In this document: positions 8,549 to 17,953 of the stretch, in pieces
Numbering within the stretch: position 1 is the first letter of the stretch
How the letters are laid out: every line of letters begins with the position of its first letter
Source: Acidimicrobiales bacterium
GTDB taxonomy: Bacteria > Actinomycetota > Acidimicrobiia > Acidimicrobiales > AC-14
Length of the DNA stretch: 64,000 bases
Assembly (NCBI GenBank): GCA_036269435.1
Contig: DATASA010000110.1
Location: 5,441-69,440, forward strand
Reading direction: 5' to 3'
The notes under the pieces: generated by a model
The model's input: only the letters and a program-made list of their open reading frames with translations
Database searches by the model: none
What the model was told of the DNA's origin: nothing
Translations under genes and position numbers: made by a program

Positions 8549-9460
8549 TCAGCGCTGGTGGCGCAGCTCCTCGGGCAGCACCAGGTCCGCGGCCACCTCG
8601 GCCTCGCCGGTGAGGGCGTCGAGCACGGTGAGCAGGTCGCCGACCGCGGCGACGTCGTGGACGCGCAGTATCTGGGCCGGGACGTTGCGCAGGGCGGCCA
8701 CCGCGCCGAGCGTCCCCGCGTCGCGCCCCGCCGGCGGCCGCGCCGTGAGCGCCCCCACGAAGTCCTTGCGGGACAGGGCGAGGAGCACCGGGTGGCCCAG
8801 GGCCACCACCGGGCCCAGGTGCCGCAGCAGGGCCACCGACTGGGCCGGCGTCTTGGCGAAGTCGACTCCGGGGTCCACGACGATCGATGCCTCCGCCACG
8901 CCGGCCTCGGCCGCGACGGCGACGCGCTGGGCCAGGAAGGCGGCCACCTCGGCGGCGATGTCGGCGTAGAGCCCCGGCTCCTGGCGGCGGACGAGCGGCG
9001 GCGCGGCGGTGTGCATGACGACCAGGGCGGCACCCGCCGCCGCGCACAGGCGGGCCAGGACCGGGTCCCGCAACCCGGAGACGTCGTTCACCAGGTGGGC
9101 ACCGGCGGCCAGGGCCGCCTCGGCGACGGCCGGTTTGAACGTGTCGACCGACACGAGGATCCCCGGGCATCGGGCCAGCACCTCCCTCACCACCGGGACG
9201 ACCGCGGCCGCCTCCGCCGACGGCTCGGCCGGGGATCGGCCGGTGATGGCCGACTGCGCCCCCACGTCGAGCGCCCCGGCACCGGCCGCGACCAGAGCCT
9301 GCGCCCGGGCCACCACGTCTGCCACCGATCGGGCGCCGGGGTCGGAGAACGAGTCGGGATTGGCGTTGAGGATGCCCATGAGCAGCGGACGGGCCCAGGT
9401 GAACGTCACGCCGCGCGCCTGCAGCGTCCCCCCGATCGCCGACCCGGCTGCGCTGGTCAT
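8549..9460 (-). CDS. folP: Dihydropteroate synthase
   Basis: 303 aa: LLMGILNANPDSFSD, LDVGAQS, VSVDTFKP, LVNDVSG, DPGVDFAKT, LALSRKDF, RVHDV. These are pterin-binding DHPS hallmarks. Confidence 0.9.
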   Translation of the reverse strand: MTSAAGSAIGGTLQARGVTFTWARPLLMGILNANPDSFSDPGARSVADVVARAQALVAAGAGALDVGAQSAITGRSPAEPSAEAAAVVPVVREVLARCPGILVSVDTFKPAVAEAALAAGAHLVNDVSGLRDPVLARLCAAAGAALVVMHTAAPPLVRRQEPGLYADIAAEVAAFLAQRVAVAAEAGVAEASIVVDPGVDFAKTPAQSVALLRHLGPVVALGHPVLLALSRKDFVGALTARPPAGRDAGTLGAVAALRNVPAQILRVHDVAAVGDLLTVLDALTGEAEVAADLVLPEELRHQR

Positions 9461-9483
9461 GGACCACCTAGGCTGGCAGGCCG

Positions 9484-9915
9484 ATGGAGGTCCTGCCCAC
9501 GCCCGACCAGGAGCTGGCCTGGCGGCTGGCCGCCGTCGAAGACCGGCTGGAGGCGATCAGCGAGCGGCTGGGCCGGCTCGAGACGTCGCTGCGCGAGGCG
9601 GTGGGCGCCGAGGTGCACGGCGCGACGGCGGAGCTGCGGCGGGCCATCAGCGAGCTGGGCCGGCGCCTGGTGCAGGACCTGCCCGCGGAGCTGGGCCGCC
9701 ATCGCGACGCCATCGTGGCCGAGCTGCGGACGCAACTCGCACCGCCACCGGCGCCCCCGCCGCCACCGGCTCCCGCGCCCCCCGACCTCGCGCTCGACCC
9801 GCCGGTCGACCAGGCGGCCGGGCCCGACGACGTGGATGTCGTCGACGCGGTCCCCGACACACCCGAGGCGGCCGAGCGGCGGCGCGCCCTACACCGGCGC
9901 CGCCGGCAGGCGTAG
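9484..9915 (+). CDS. Hypothetical coiled-coil / proline-rich protein
   Basis: 143 aa with high GC3. Heptad-like N-terminal half (LAWRLAAVEDRLEAISERLGRLETSLREAV) followed by a PPPAPPPPPAPAPP tract. First gene of a same-strand glycosyltransferase array. Confidence 0.55.
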   Translation: MEVLPTPDQELAWRLAAVEDRLEAISERLGRLETSLREAVGAEVHGATAELRRAISELGRRLVQDLPAELGRHRDAIVAELRTQLAPPPAPPPPPAPAPPDLALDPPVDQAAGPDDVDVVDAVPDTPEAAERRRALHRRRRQA

Positions 9916-9929
9916 CCGGGCCCGCGAGG

Positions 9930-11054
9930 ATGCGGATCGGCTTCGACGGCACGCCCCTGCTCGGCTCGAAAACCGGCGTCGGCTGGTACACCCACGAGCT
10001 CATCGACGCCATGGCCGAGCTCGCGCCCCAGGAGGAGATGGTGGTCTTCCCCATCTCCTGGCGCACCGCCCGTCACCTGAAGATCGACCCGCCCCACCGC
10101 CCGAACGTGACCGTCGAGCGCAAGCTGGCCCCGGCCCGGCCGCTGTGGGCCATGTGGGACCGGGTGCAGTTCCCGCCGGTCGAGTGGCTGGTCCGCTGCG
10201 ACGTCTTCCACGCCACCAACTTCATCGCCCCGCCGTCGCGCAAGGTGCCGATCGTGGTGACCGTCCACGACATCGGCTTCGTGCACAACCCCGAAGCGGT
10301 GGCGCCCGGCGTCCGACGCATGGCCCGCCTGCTGCCGGCCATGCTCCGCCGCGCTTCGGCGATCGTCACCGTGTCCCGGTTCACCTGCGAGGAGCTGGTG
10401 ACGTGGATGCCCGAGGTTGCCGGCAAGACGAGCGTGGTCCACAACGGCAGCCACGCCCGCCCGGCACCGCCCCCTGGTGACGGTCACGGCAACGGCGACG
10501 GCGGGGGCGACAGCCATCCCCCGTACGCCCTCATGCTCGGCACGCTGGAGCCCCGCAAGAACCTCCCCCTGGCCCTGGACGCCCTGCGTATCCTCCGCCG
10601 CCGCGGCGTCGACCTGCGCCTGGTGCTGGCCGGCGGGCGCAGCGCCCTGCTGGACGTCCCCGCGCTCCTGCGCAAGCGGGGCCTGGGTGAGCCCGAGGTC
10701 ACCCGCACCGGCTACATCGACGACGCCCGGGTCTCGGCCCTGCTGGCCGACGCCAGGGTCCTCGTCTTCCCGTCGCTGTACGAGGGGTTCGGCATGCCGC
10801 TGCTGGAAGGCATGGAGGCGGGCGTGCCGGTGGTCGGGGTACGGGCGGGAGCGACGCCCGAGACGGTGGGCGACGCCGGGCTCCTCGTCGAGCCGGGCGA
10901 CGCCGAAGGCTTCGCCGACGCCATGGAGCGGGCCGCCTTCGACGAGGACCTGCGGGCCGGGCTCATCGCCGCCGGGCACGTGCAGGCGGCCAAGTTCACC
11001 TGGGCCGGCGCGGCCGCGGCGACCCTCGACATCTACCGACAGGTGGGCGCCTGA
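9930..11054 (+). CDS. GT4-family glycosyltransferase
   Basis: In-frame ATG 9930 within track ORF 9009..11054 (MRIGFDGTPLLGSKTGVGWY...). GTLEPRKNLP block. Sugar-donor motif FPSLYEGFGMPLLEGMEAGVPVV. Confidence 0.9.
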   Translation: MRIGFDGTPLLGSKTGVGWYTHELIDAMAELAPQEEMVVFPISWRTARHLKIDPPHRPNVTVERKLAPARPLWAMWDRVQFPPVEWLVRCDVFHATNFIAPPSRKVPIVVTVHDIGFVHNPEAVAPGVRRMARLLPAMLRRASAIVTVSRFTCEELVTWMPEVAGKTSVVHNGSHARPAPPPGDGHGNGDGGGDSHPPYALMLGTLEPRKNLPLALDALRILRRRGVDLRLVLAGGRSALLDVPALLRKRGLGEPEVTRTGYIDDARVSALLADARVLVFPSLYEGFGMPLLEGMEAGVPVVGVRAGATPETVGDAGLLVEPGDAEGFADAMERAAFDEDLRAGLIAAGHVQAAKFTWAGAAAATLDIYRQVGA

Positions 11055-11107
11055 TCCACCATGCCCCCAGCCGCTCAGGACCGACGACTACTGTGTGCGG
11101 CTTGCGA

Positions 11108-12334
11108 ATGCGAAGAGTGGTTCTCGTCGTCCTTGCCCTGGCGACCCTGGTCTCTCCCGGAGCAATCGGAAGCGCCGGAGCCCAGTCGGCTCCCTCCTCG
11201 GGATCCGTGGTCACCATCCCCTCGGTGGGTGACTCCCAGCCCACCCCGCGTGACCCCGACCGGGCCGCCAAGGACGGGCGCGAGGCCGGCCCGCCGGGCG
11301 GCGCCACCCCCGCCATCGCCGGTGAGGGCCCGGGCGCGTCGCCGTCGCCGGCCCCCCCGGGCTCCGGTTCGGCCAACCCGCCGTCGTTCGCCACCTTCCG
11401 CGTCTACGCCACCGAGTACGACCCCAACACGCCGGGCAGCGTCGAGGTGGCCGTCCCCGACAAGTGCGCCAAGTTCGCGGCCTTGAAGCTGACCACCGCG
11501 CTGAGCGCATCCGGCTGCTCGAGCGGGTACCGCCTCGACCTCGACTACCGCGTGGTGGTGAGCCGGGACAGCGGCCAGAGCGCCACCATCCCGGTCAAGG
11601 ACGTCGGCCCCTGGAACGAGGACGACCCCTACTGGGCCGGTCCCGGCTCCACCCGCCCGCGCCGCCGGTTCGGCGACCTGCCCCGGGGCACGCCGGAGTC
11701 CCAGGCCGCGTTCTACAACGGCTACAACACCAGCTCCAACTGCATCAGCCTCTCCACCGGCCAGCCCAGCGGCAAGGCCGGCGGGGCCGACCAGTTCGGA
11801 CGCTGCGTGCTGAACCCGGCCGGCATCGACCTGTCCATCGAGGCGGCGAAGTCGCTCGGCATGACCGACAACGGCTGGGTCACGGTGAGCTTCCTGTGGG
11901 AGCCGCTGGACACGACGGTCAGTGTCGGCCACACCGGCAAGAACCTCGACATCAACTTCGTCTCCCTCGACCGGGGCGCCCAGGCCATCCAGTGGCCGGC
12001 CAACGGCGGCAAGAACCAGCAGTGGCGGTTCATCCCGGTGGGGCCGAACGTCTACAACATCCAGGTCCAGCACAGCGGGATGATGCTCGACGTCGAGGGC
12101 GCCTCGAAGGATCCGGGGGCGCGCGTCATCCAATGGCCGGCCAACGGCGGCGTCAACCAACAGTGGAAACTCGTGCCGGTGGGCACCACCGGCGCCTTCA
12201 ACTTCGTGGCTCAGCACAGTGGCCTGGTGCTCGACGTGGCCGGCGTCTCGAGGGACGACGGCGCGCCCATCATCCAGTGGCCGGCCAACGGCGGGCTGAA
12301 CCAGCAGTGGAAGCCGGCGGTCACCGGAGTTTGA
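11108..12334 (+). CDS. Secreted protein: RlpA/DPBB-like domain plus C-terminal ricin-B (QxW)3 lectin
   Basis: Track ORF 11093..12334. ATG 11108 gives signal peptide MRRVVLVVLALATLVSPGAIGSAGA. Central IPVKDVGPWNEDDPYW...NPAGIDLSIEAAKSLG. Three QxW repeats (NQQWRF, NQQWKL, NQQWKP). Confidence 0.8.
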   Translation: MRRVVLVVLALATLVSPGAIGSAGAQSAPSSGSVVTIPSVGDSQPTPRDPDRAAKDGREAGPPGGATPAIAGEGPGASPSPAPPGSGSANPPSFATFRVYATEYDPNTPGSVEVAVPDKCAKFAALKLTTALSASGCSSGYRLDLDYRVVVSRDSGQSATIPVKDVGPWNEDDPYWAGPGSTRPRRRFGDLPRGTPESQAAFYNGYNTSSNCISLSTGQPSGKAGGADQFGRCVLNPAGIDLSIEAAKSLGMTDNGWVTVSFLWEPLDTTVSVGHTGKNLDINFVSLDRGAQAIQWPANGGKNQQWRFIPVGPNVYNIQVQHSGMMLDVEGASKDPGARVIQWPANGGVNQQWKLVPVGTTGAFNFVAQHSGLVLDVAGVSRDDGAPIIQWPANGGLNQQWKPAVTGV

Positions 12335-12352
12335 GCACGGCGACGTAACCCG

Positions 12353-13435
12353 ATGCGCCTCCTGGTGGTGGCCGAGCAGCTCCGCCGCGCCGTCCCCGGA
12401 GGCATCGGAACCTACGCGCGGGGGCTGCTCGCCGGACTGGCGGCGATCGAGGAGCCGGCTCGTCCCGACGTCGGCCTGTGGGCCAGCCGCGCCCCCTCGG
12501 GGCGACCGGACCCGCTGGCCGCCCTCGGCCCGGTGTCGGCCTCGGCCCTGCCCGCCCGCGGCCAGGTGTGGGCCTGGGACCGGGGCTTCGGCACCGCCCC
12601 CGGCCGGCCCGACGTCGTCCACGCCACCTCGTTCGCCGTCCCGCCCACCGGCGCCGTCCCTTTGAGCGCCATGGTCCACGACCTGGCCTGGCGCCAGTTC
12701 CCCGACGCGTACCCGGCCCGGGGGCGGCGTTGGCACGAGGCGGCGCTGGGCCGCACCCTCGACCGGGCCGCCCGCATGGTCGTCCCGTCGGCGTCGGTGG
12801 CCGACGACCTCCTGGCTGCAGGGGCGCCTCCGGCGCGGGTCGAGGTGATCGAGGAGGGGTGCGACCACCTCCCCCCGCCGGACGACGAAGGCGCCGCCGC
12901 CCTGCTCTCCCGGCTGGGCGTCGAGGGGGACTTCCTCCTCACCGTGTCCACCCTGGAGCCCCGCAAGAACCTGCCCCGCCTGCTGGCGGCCTACGAGCAG
13001 GCCCGGGCCCGCTTCCCCCGGCCGTGGCCCCTGGTCGTGGCCGGGCCGGCGGGGTGGGGGCCGTCGCTGCGATCGGGGCCAGGCGTCGTCCTGGCCGGCC
13101 AGGTCGACGGCGGAGTCCTCAGCGCCCTGTACCGGCGGGCCCGCACGATGGCCTACGTGCCGCTGCGCGAGGGCTTCGGGCTGCCTGTTGCGGAGGCGAT
13201 GTCCTGCGGCGTCCCCGTCGTGTCGAGCCCGGTACCCAGCGCCGGCGGAGCCAGTCTCGAGGTCGACCCGCTCGACGTCGACGCCATCGCCGCCGGCCTG
13301 GTCGCCGCGGCCGGCGACGACGCCCGCCGGGCCGACCTCATTGCGGCGGGCTCGGCCCGGGCTGGGCAGCTGACCTGGGCCCGGGCCGCCCGTGGCCACG
13401 TCGAGGTGTGGACAGCCATGCTGGCGGCACGGTGA
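12353..13435 (+). CDS. GT4-family glycosyltransferase
   Basis: 360 aa: MRLLVVAEQL..GGIGTY, STLEPRKNLP, REGFGLPVAEAMSCGVPVV. Confidence 0.9.
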   Translation: MRLLVVAEQLRRAVPGGIGTYARGLLAGLAAIEEPARPDVGLWASRAPSGRPDPLAALGPVSASALPARGQVWAWDRGFGTAPGRPDVVHATSFAVPPTGAVPLSAMVHDLAWRQFPDAYPARGRRWHEAALGRTLDRAARMVVPSASVADDLLAAGAPPARVEVIEEGCDHLPPPDDEGAAALLSRLGVEGDFLLTVSTLEPRKNLPRLLAAYEQARARFPRPWPLVVAGPAGWGPSLRSGPGVVLAGQVDGGVLSALYRRARTMAYVPLREGFGLPVAEAMSCGVPVVSSPVPSAGGASLEVDPLDVDAIAAGLVAAAGDDARRADLIAAGSARAGQLTWARAARGHVEVWTAMLAAR

Positions 13436-14562
13436 CTGCGCCGGTACGTGTCTCCCTCGACGCCAGCGCCATCCCCGATCCGGCGGGTGGGGCGGGCCGC
13501 TACGTGCTGGCGCTGGCCGAGGCGTTGGAACGGCGCGACGACGTCGAGGTGACGGTCGTGGCGCGGGCCGGGGACGGGGCCCGCTGGCCCCGGCTCGTCG
13601 TCGCCGCCGCGCCGGCGCCGAGGCCCGTCCGCCTGGTGTGGGAGCAGGCCGGCCTTCCCCTTCTGCTTCGCCGCCTGCGGGTCGACGTCCACCACGGTCC
13701 CCACTACACGATGCCGGTCGCGGCCGGTCGACCGACGGTCGTGACCATCCACGACCTTTCCTTCTTCACCCATCCGGAGTGGCACGACCGGGCCAAGGTC
13801 GCCTTCTTCACCACCGCCATCCGACTGGCGGCGCGACGGGCCTCGGCTCTCGTGGCCGTCAGCGCCACCACCGCCGAACTGCTCACCGAGCTGGTCGAGC
13901 CCCGCGCTCCCGTCCACGTCGTGCCCCACGGCGTCGACCACCTGCGCTTCCGGCCCGATCCGCCTGCGGCGGTGGGCGAAGGCGGCGACGAGGATTTGGC
14001 CGCCCTCGCCCGCCTCGGCGTGCGGGCGCCCTACGTCGCCTTCCTGGGCACGCTGGAGCCCCGCAAGGACGTGCCCACCCTGGTCCGGGCCTTCGACCGG
14101 ATCGCCGGTGGCCGGGCCGACCTGACGCTGGTCCTGGCCGGCGCGCCCGGTTGGGGGACGGCCGCCGTCGACGCCGCGGTGGCCGGCGCCAGCCACCGCG
14201 ACCGCATCCATCGGCTGGGCTACGTCGCCGAGGACGCCATCCCCGCGCTGCTCCGGGGCGCGGCGGTGGTGGCCTACCCCTCGCTGGAGGAGGGCTTCGG
14301 GCTGCCCGTGCTCGAGGCGCTGGCCTGCGGCGCCCCCGTGGTGACGACGTGCGGGACGGTGATGGAGGAGGTGGCGGCCGGTGCCGCCGTCCTCTGTCGC
14401 CCCGCCGACGCCAGCTCGCTGGCCGACGCGCTGGAGGAGGCGCTGACCCCCGACGACCGCCGCCGCCGGCTCGGCTCCGAGGTCGCGGCCCGCTCCACCT
14501 GGGAGGCGTCCGCCGCCGCCCACGTCGACGTCTACCGGTCGGCGGCGGCGACCGGCGGGTAG
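13432..14562 (+). CDS. GT4-family glycosyltransferase
   Basis: In-frame GTG 13432 overlapping the upstream stop (GTGA). VTAPVRVSLDASAIPDPAGGAGRY, GTLEPRKDVP, EEGFGLPVLEALACGAPVV. Confidence 0.88.
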   Translation: MTAPVRVSLDASAIPDPAGGAGRYVLALAEALERRDDVEVTVVARAGDGARWPRLVVAAAPAPRPVRLVWEQAGLPLLLRRLRVDVHHGPHYTMPVAAGRPTVVTIHDLSFFTHPEWHDRAKVAFFTTAIRLAARRASALVAVSATTAELLTELVEPRAPVHVVPHGVDHLRFRPDPPAAVGEGGDEDLAALARLGVRAPYVAFLGTLEPRKDVPTLVRAFDRIAGGRADLTLVLAGAPGWGTAAVDAAVAGASHRDRIHRLGYVAEDAIPALLRGAAVVAYPSLEEGFGLPVLEALACGAPVVTTCGTVMEEVAAGAAVLCRPADASSLADALEEALTPDDRRRRLGSEVAARSTWEASAAAHVDVYRSAAATGG

Positions 14563-16994
14563 CCGCCGGCCCGGCGCGCCCGACGTGCGGCGCCGGCCCG
14601 CGTGCCGGCCGTCGACCCCGGCCCGACGCTCCAGCCGAGGAGGGCGACGACCACGAGCAGCGACGCCGCGGTCAGGGCCAGGCCGTAACGGACCGAGTCG
14701 GGCTGGTAGCGCAGGACGACGTCGCTCGCGCCCGGGCCGACGGGGACGGCGGTGAAGGCCACGTTGGCCCGCCGGAGCGGGACCGTTCGACCGTTGACCG
14801 TCGCCTTCCAGCCGGGGTACCGGGTCACCAGGGCGACCAGCCATCCGGGGCTGTCCCGGGCTACCCGCAGGTGGATCTCGGTGGGGTCCTCGCGGATCAC
14901 TTCCACGGCCCCCGCGGCGCCGACCGAGGCCGCCACCGCGGCGTGGATGAGGACCGTCTGCTGGGGGTCGAAGTCGGGCCGCTCGAGAAGGCGGAGGGCG
15001 TCCTCGTTGCCGGCCACGGGGAGGGCGTCTCCCGGCGAGTAGTACCGCGGCGATCCACCGGGCACCCGGAAGACACCGACGCTCCCGCTGCGGCCGACCT
15101 CCTGCATGCCGACGGCGACGCCCGTGGTCGCCACGTACCGCACCCCGAGGACCTTGGCCAGCCGGTCCCAGTGGATGGCGTCGGGGACGGCCAGCATGCG
15201 GCGCTGCAGGAGGTCGTAGTCGGCGACGCCGACGCCGTCGTAGCTGGTCGGCATGTGGAGGCGGTACCAGAGGTTGGTGTCCGGGTTCATGAGCCCGTCG
15301 ATCAGGACGGTGTCGGAGCCCACGGCGTCGCTCACCGCGGTCACCGCCGGGGTCACCGGATAGAAGTACCGAGGGTCGACGGTGGGGTTGTAGTGGCGGA
15401 GCAGGAAGCCGGACTGGGCGAACACCATGGCGACGAGGAGGGCACCGCCGCCGACCCGCGTCCACGACCGGCCCCGCCCGGCGACGAGCAGCCCGACCGC
15501 CCCCACTCCGGCGACGAAGGTGAGCGAGATGTACCGGATGTGCTGGCCGACCGCCTTTCGGGCCAGCGCGCTCGCCACGGTGTTGGCGGGCAGGCCCCCG
15601 AAGTAGTTGCGCAGGAGCCGCTCGGACACCAGGGCCAGCAGGAGCAGGACCGCACCGCCGGCCGCGAAGGCCGCGCCCACGAGCAGTCGCCGACCCCTGG
15701 GCGCGCACAGATGGTCGAGGCCGACGGCGGCGAGACAGCTCAGGGCGAACAGCCACACCGGTTGGCTGCGGCTCACCACGCTGAGCTCGACGAGCGGCAG
15801 CGACCCGACCACGCGGCCCAGGCCGCCGATGTCGTGGGCCCACAGGAACCACAGGGCGGCGGTGACGGTGAAGAAGGCGACGACGACACGAGGTGCCTCG
15901 GCGGCGTGGTCGCCTCCACGACGCCGGACCAGCGAGACCGCCCCGGCTCCGGCCAACAGGAGCACGAGAAGGCCGATGTAGAACCCGACCGCCTCGTTGT
16001 AGTTCGACCCGATGGCCGCGCCCCCGGGCAGCCGCAGCGTGCCCCGCAGCGGGCCGGGGTCGTAGTAGTTCGTCGCCGGGCTGCCAAAGAGGTTCGGGAA
16101 GGCCAGGAGCGTGGCGAAGCGCGGGTCGAAATGGGTCAGGGCCCGGGTGGCGCCCTCGGCGTAGGACGTGCTCCGCAGCAGGTACTCGACGAACGGCAGC
16201 GTCTGCACGCCGCTGATCCCGGCCCCCAGGAGCGTGGCCGCGCCCACTTCGGCCACCCGCCCGACCCGCTGGCGCGCCGGTCCCGCGGTGAGGCCGAGGC
16301 GAACCACCGCGTATCCCAGCACCAGGGCCATGCAGAAGAACAGCGTCTCGGGATGGCCGGCCAGGAACGCCCACGCCACGATGCCGGCGTAAGCGGCGAG
16401 GGCCGCCCACCGACGGGCGCGGTCGGCCGCGGCCCGGGCCACCTCCACCAGCCACAACCCGGCTGGCAGGCAGACGGCGGCACCCGGATGGGGCCAGTTC
16501 AGCCACAGGATGTTGTAGGCGCTGAACATGAAGGCGACGGCGCCCACGATCCCGGCGAGGTGCGAGACGCGCAGTCGGCGCAGGTACAGGTAGGTGAACA
16601 GGCCGAGCACGAACAGCTTGAGGCCGGCGGCGAGGAACAGGGCGATCCGGAAGGGCAGGGCGTAGAACGGCAGGCTGAACGGCGAGAGGACCGCGGAGAC
16701 GCTGTTGGCCAGGTGGGGCACGCCGGCGGCGTTGTAGGGGTTCCAGACCGGCAGCCGTCCGTGGCTGAGCTGGTCGCGGTTCCACTCGAGCCAAGGGTGC
16801 ATCTGCCACACCGGGTCACCGAGGAGCGCGTTCTTCACCGTGTAGTTCGCCGGCGCGTCCCGCAACATGGGCGACGACTGGAGGAGGTCGGTGGTGGCGT
16901 AGTAGCCGTTCGAGCTGATCGGCTGCCAGAGGAAGACCACGAGCAGTGCGGCCAGGACGGCACTGGCCTGCAGGACCTGACGGGGCGACGTCAC
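14532..16994 (-). CDS. YfhO-like polytopic membrane protein (GT-C-type glycosyltransferase candidate)
   Basis: Track ORF 14532..17315(-). Start set at GTG 16994 (VTSPRQVLQASAVLAALLVVFLW). SHGRLPVWNPYNAAGVPHLANSVSAVLSPF block, more than 10 TM segments, large C-terminal extracytoplasmic region and a final TM. Confidence 0.75.
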   Translation of the reverse strand: MTSPRQVLQASAVLAALLVVFLWQPISSNGYYATTDLLQSSPMLRDAPANYTVKNALLGDPVWQMHPWLEWNRDQLSHGRLPVWNPYNAAGVPHLANSVSAVLSPFSLPFYALPFRIALFLAAGLKLFVLGLFTYLYLRRLRVSHLAGIVGAVAFMFSAYNILWLNWPHPGAAVCLPAGLWLVEVARAAADRARRWAALAAYAGIVAWAFLAGHPETLFFCMALVLGYAVVRLGLTAGPARQRVGRVAEVGAATLLGAGISGVQTLPFVEYLLRSTSYAEGATRALTHFDPRFATLLAFPNLFGSPATNYYDPGPLRGTLRLPGGAAIGSNYNEAVGFYIGLLVLLLAGAGAVSLVRRRGGDHAAEAPRVVVAFFTVTAALWFLWAHDIGGLGRVVGSLPLVELSVVSRSQPVWLFALSCLAAVGLDHLCAPRGRRLLVGAAFAAGGAVLLLLALVSERLLRNYFGGLPANTVASALARKAVGQHIRYISLTFVAGVGAVGLLVAGRGRSWTRVGGGALLVAMVFAQSGFLLRHYNPTVDPRYFYPVTPAVTAVSDAVGSDTVLIDGLMNPDTNLWYRLHMPTSYDGVGVADYDLLQRRMLAVPDAIHWDRLAKVLGVRYVATTGVAVGMQEVGRSGSVGVFRVPGGSPRYYSPGDALPVAGNEDALRLLERPDFDPQQTVLIHAAVAASVGAAGAVEVIREDPTEIHLRVARDSPGWLVALVTRYPGWKATVNGRTVPLRRANVAFTAVPVGPGASDVVLRYQPDSVRYGLALTAASLLVVVALLGWSVGPGSTAGTRAGAARRARRAGGYPPVAAADR

Positions 16995-17076
16995 CGGGCG
17001 GGCGAGGGGTCGCTCACGGAACCATCGCCACGGGCAATCTAGGTGTGGCCCGGTTGCGCCGCAACCGGGCTGGGGG

Positions 17077-17640
17077 TCAGTTCCGCGAGGGGTCCGGCGG
17101 GTAGGCGGCGAACAGGGCGAGGGTGCCCGGCTGGCGGCGCAGGACTGTGGCCCACAGGTCCTCCGGCGCAGGCGACAGGGGGTCGGCCGCGTCGGCGTCG
17201 ACCACGAACCAGCCCCCGTCGGCGATCTCACGGTCGACCTGGCCCGGGCCCCAACCGGCATAGCCGGCGAACACCCGGATCTCGTCGAGCCGCGGGATCG
17301 TCTCGTCCGGGTCACTGTCCAGGTCGAGGGTGCCCACCGGACCGGCGCCGAGCAGCGGCTGCCAGCCCTCCGCTGCTCCGGCCGGGCCGAGCCGGGCGAC
17401 GCAGACCGCCGCGCTCGGCGCCACGGGGCCGCCGATGAACACGACAGGCGGATGGGCCGCGGCCCGGGCCCACTCGGGCAGCGGCTCGGCCACGTCGAGC
17501 TCGCTGGGCCGGTTCAGCACCACGCCCAGCGCGCCCTCGTCACCGTCCTCCAGCACGAGCACGACCGTGCGCTCGAAGTTGGGGTCGCCCAGGTTCGGGG
17601 TGGCGACGAGCAACCGGCCCTTCAACCTTGCCCGCCTCAC
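17077..17640 (-). CDS. YqgE/AlgH-family protein (UPF0301)
   Basis: GTG 17640 overlaps the upstream stop (GTGA 17637-17640). KGRLLVATPNLGDPNFERTVVLVLEDGDEGALGVVLNRP...FAGYAGWGPGQVDRE. Confidence 0.85.
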   Translation of the reverse strand: MRRARLKGRLLVATPNLGDPNFERTVVLVLEDGDEGALGVVLNRPSELDVAEPLPEWARAAAHPPVVFIGGPVAPSAAVCVARLGPAGAAEGWQPLLGAGPVGTLDLDSDPDETIPRLDEIRVFAGYAGWGPGQVDREIADGGWFVVDADAADPLSPAPEDLWATVLRRQPGTLALFAAYPPDPSRN

Positions 17641-17939
17641 CGGCGCGGTGGGGGGCCGAGCAGGGACTGCTGGGCGCTGCGCAGCGCCGTCCGGGCCGAC
17701 GCGACCAACGGGCGAATCTCGTCGGACAGGCGGGCCTCCACGTCGTCGAGCACCGGGTCCACGCGCTCTTCCACGTCGGCCGCCAGCCGGGACAGCCCCT
17801 TCTGCAGCTGGCGACGACGGACCTGCGCCTGCTGGAACCCGAGGATCCCGAGGCCGACCGCCGTGTACATCGCCTCCCGAAGGTCGCTCCAGTCGTCCAC
17901 CCCACCAGCAAACCACGCCCGGACCGCCACCGGTGCCAT
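17637..17939 (-). CDS. Small hypothetical protein (one hydrophobic helix plus amphipathic helices)
   Basis: 100-aa ORF translationally coupled to the algH-like gene: MAPVAVRAWFAGGVDDWSDLREAMYTAVGLGILGF... Confidence 0.55.
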   Translation of the reverse strand: MAPVAVRAWFAGGVDDWSDLREAMYTAVGLGILGFQQAQVRRRQLQKGLSRLAADVEERVDPVLDDVEARLSDEIRPLVASARTALRSAQQSLLGPPPRR

Positions 17940-17953
17940 AATGCTCCGCCCGC

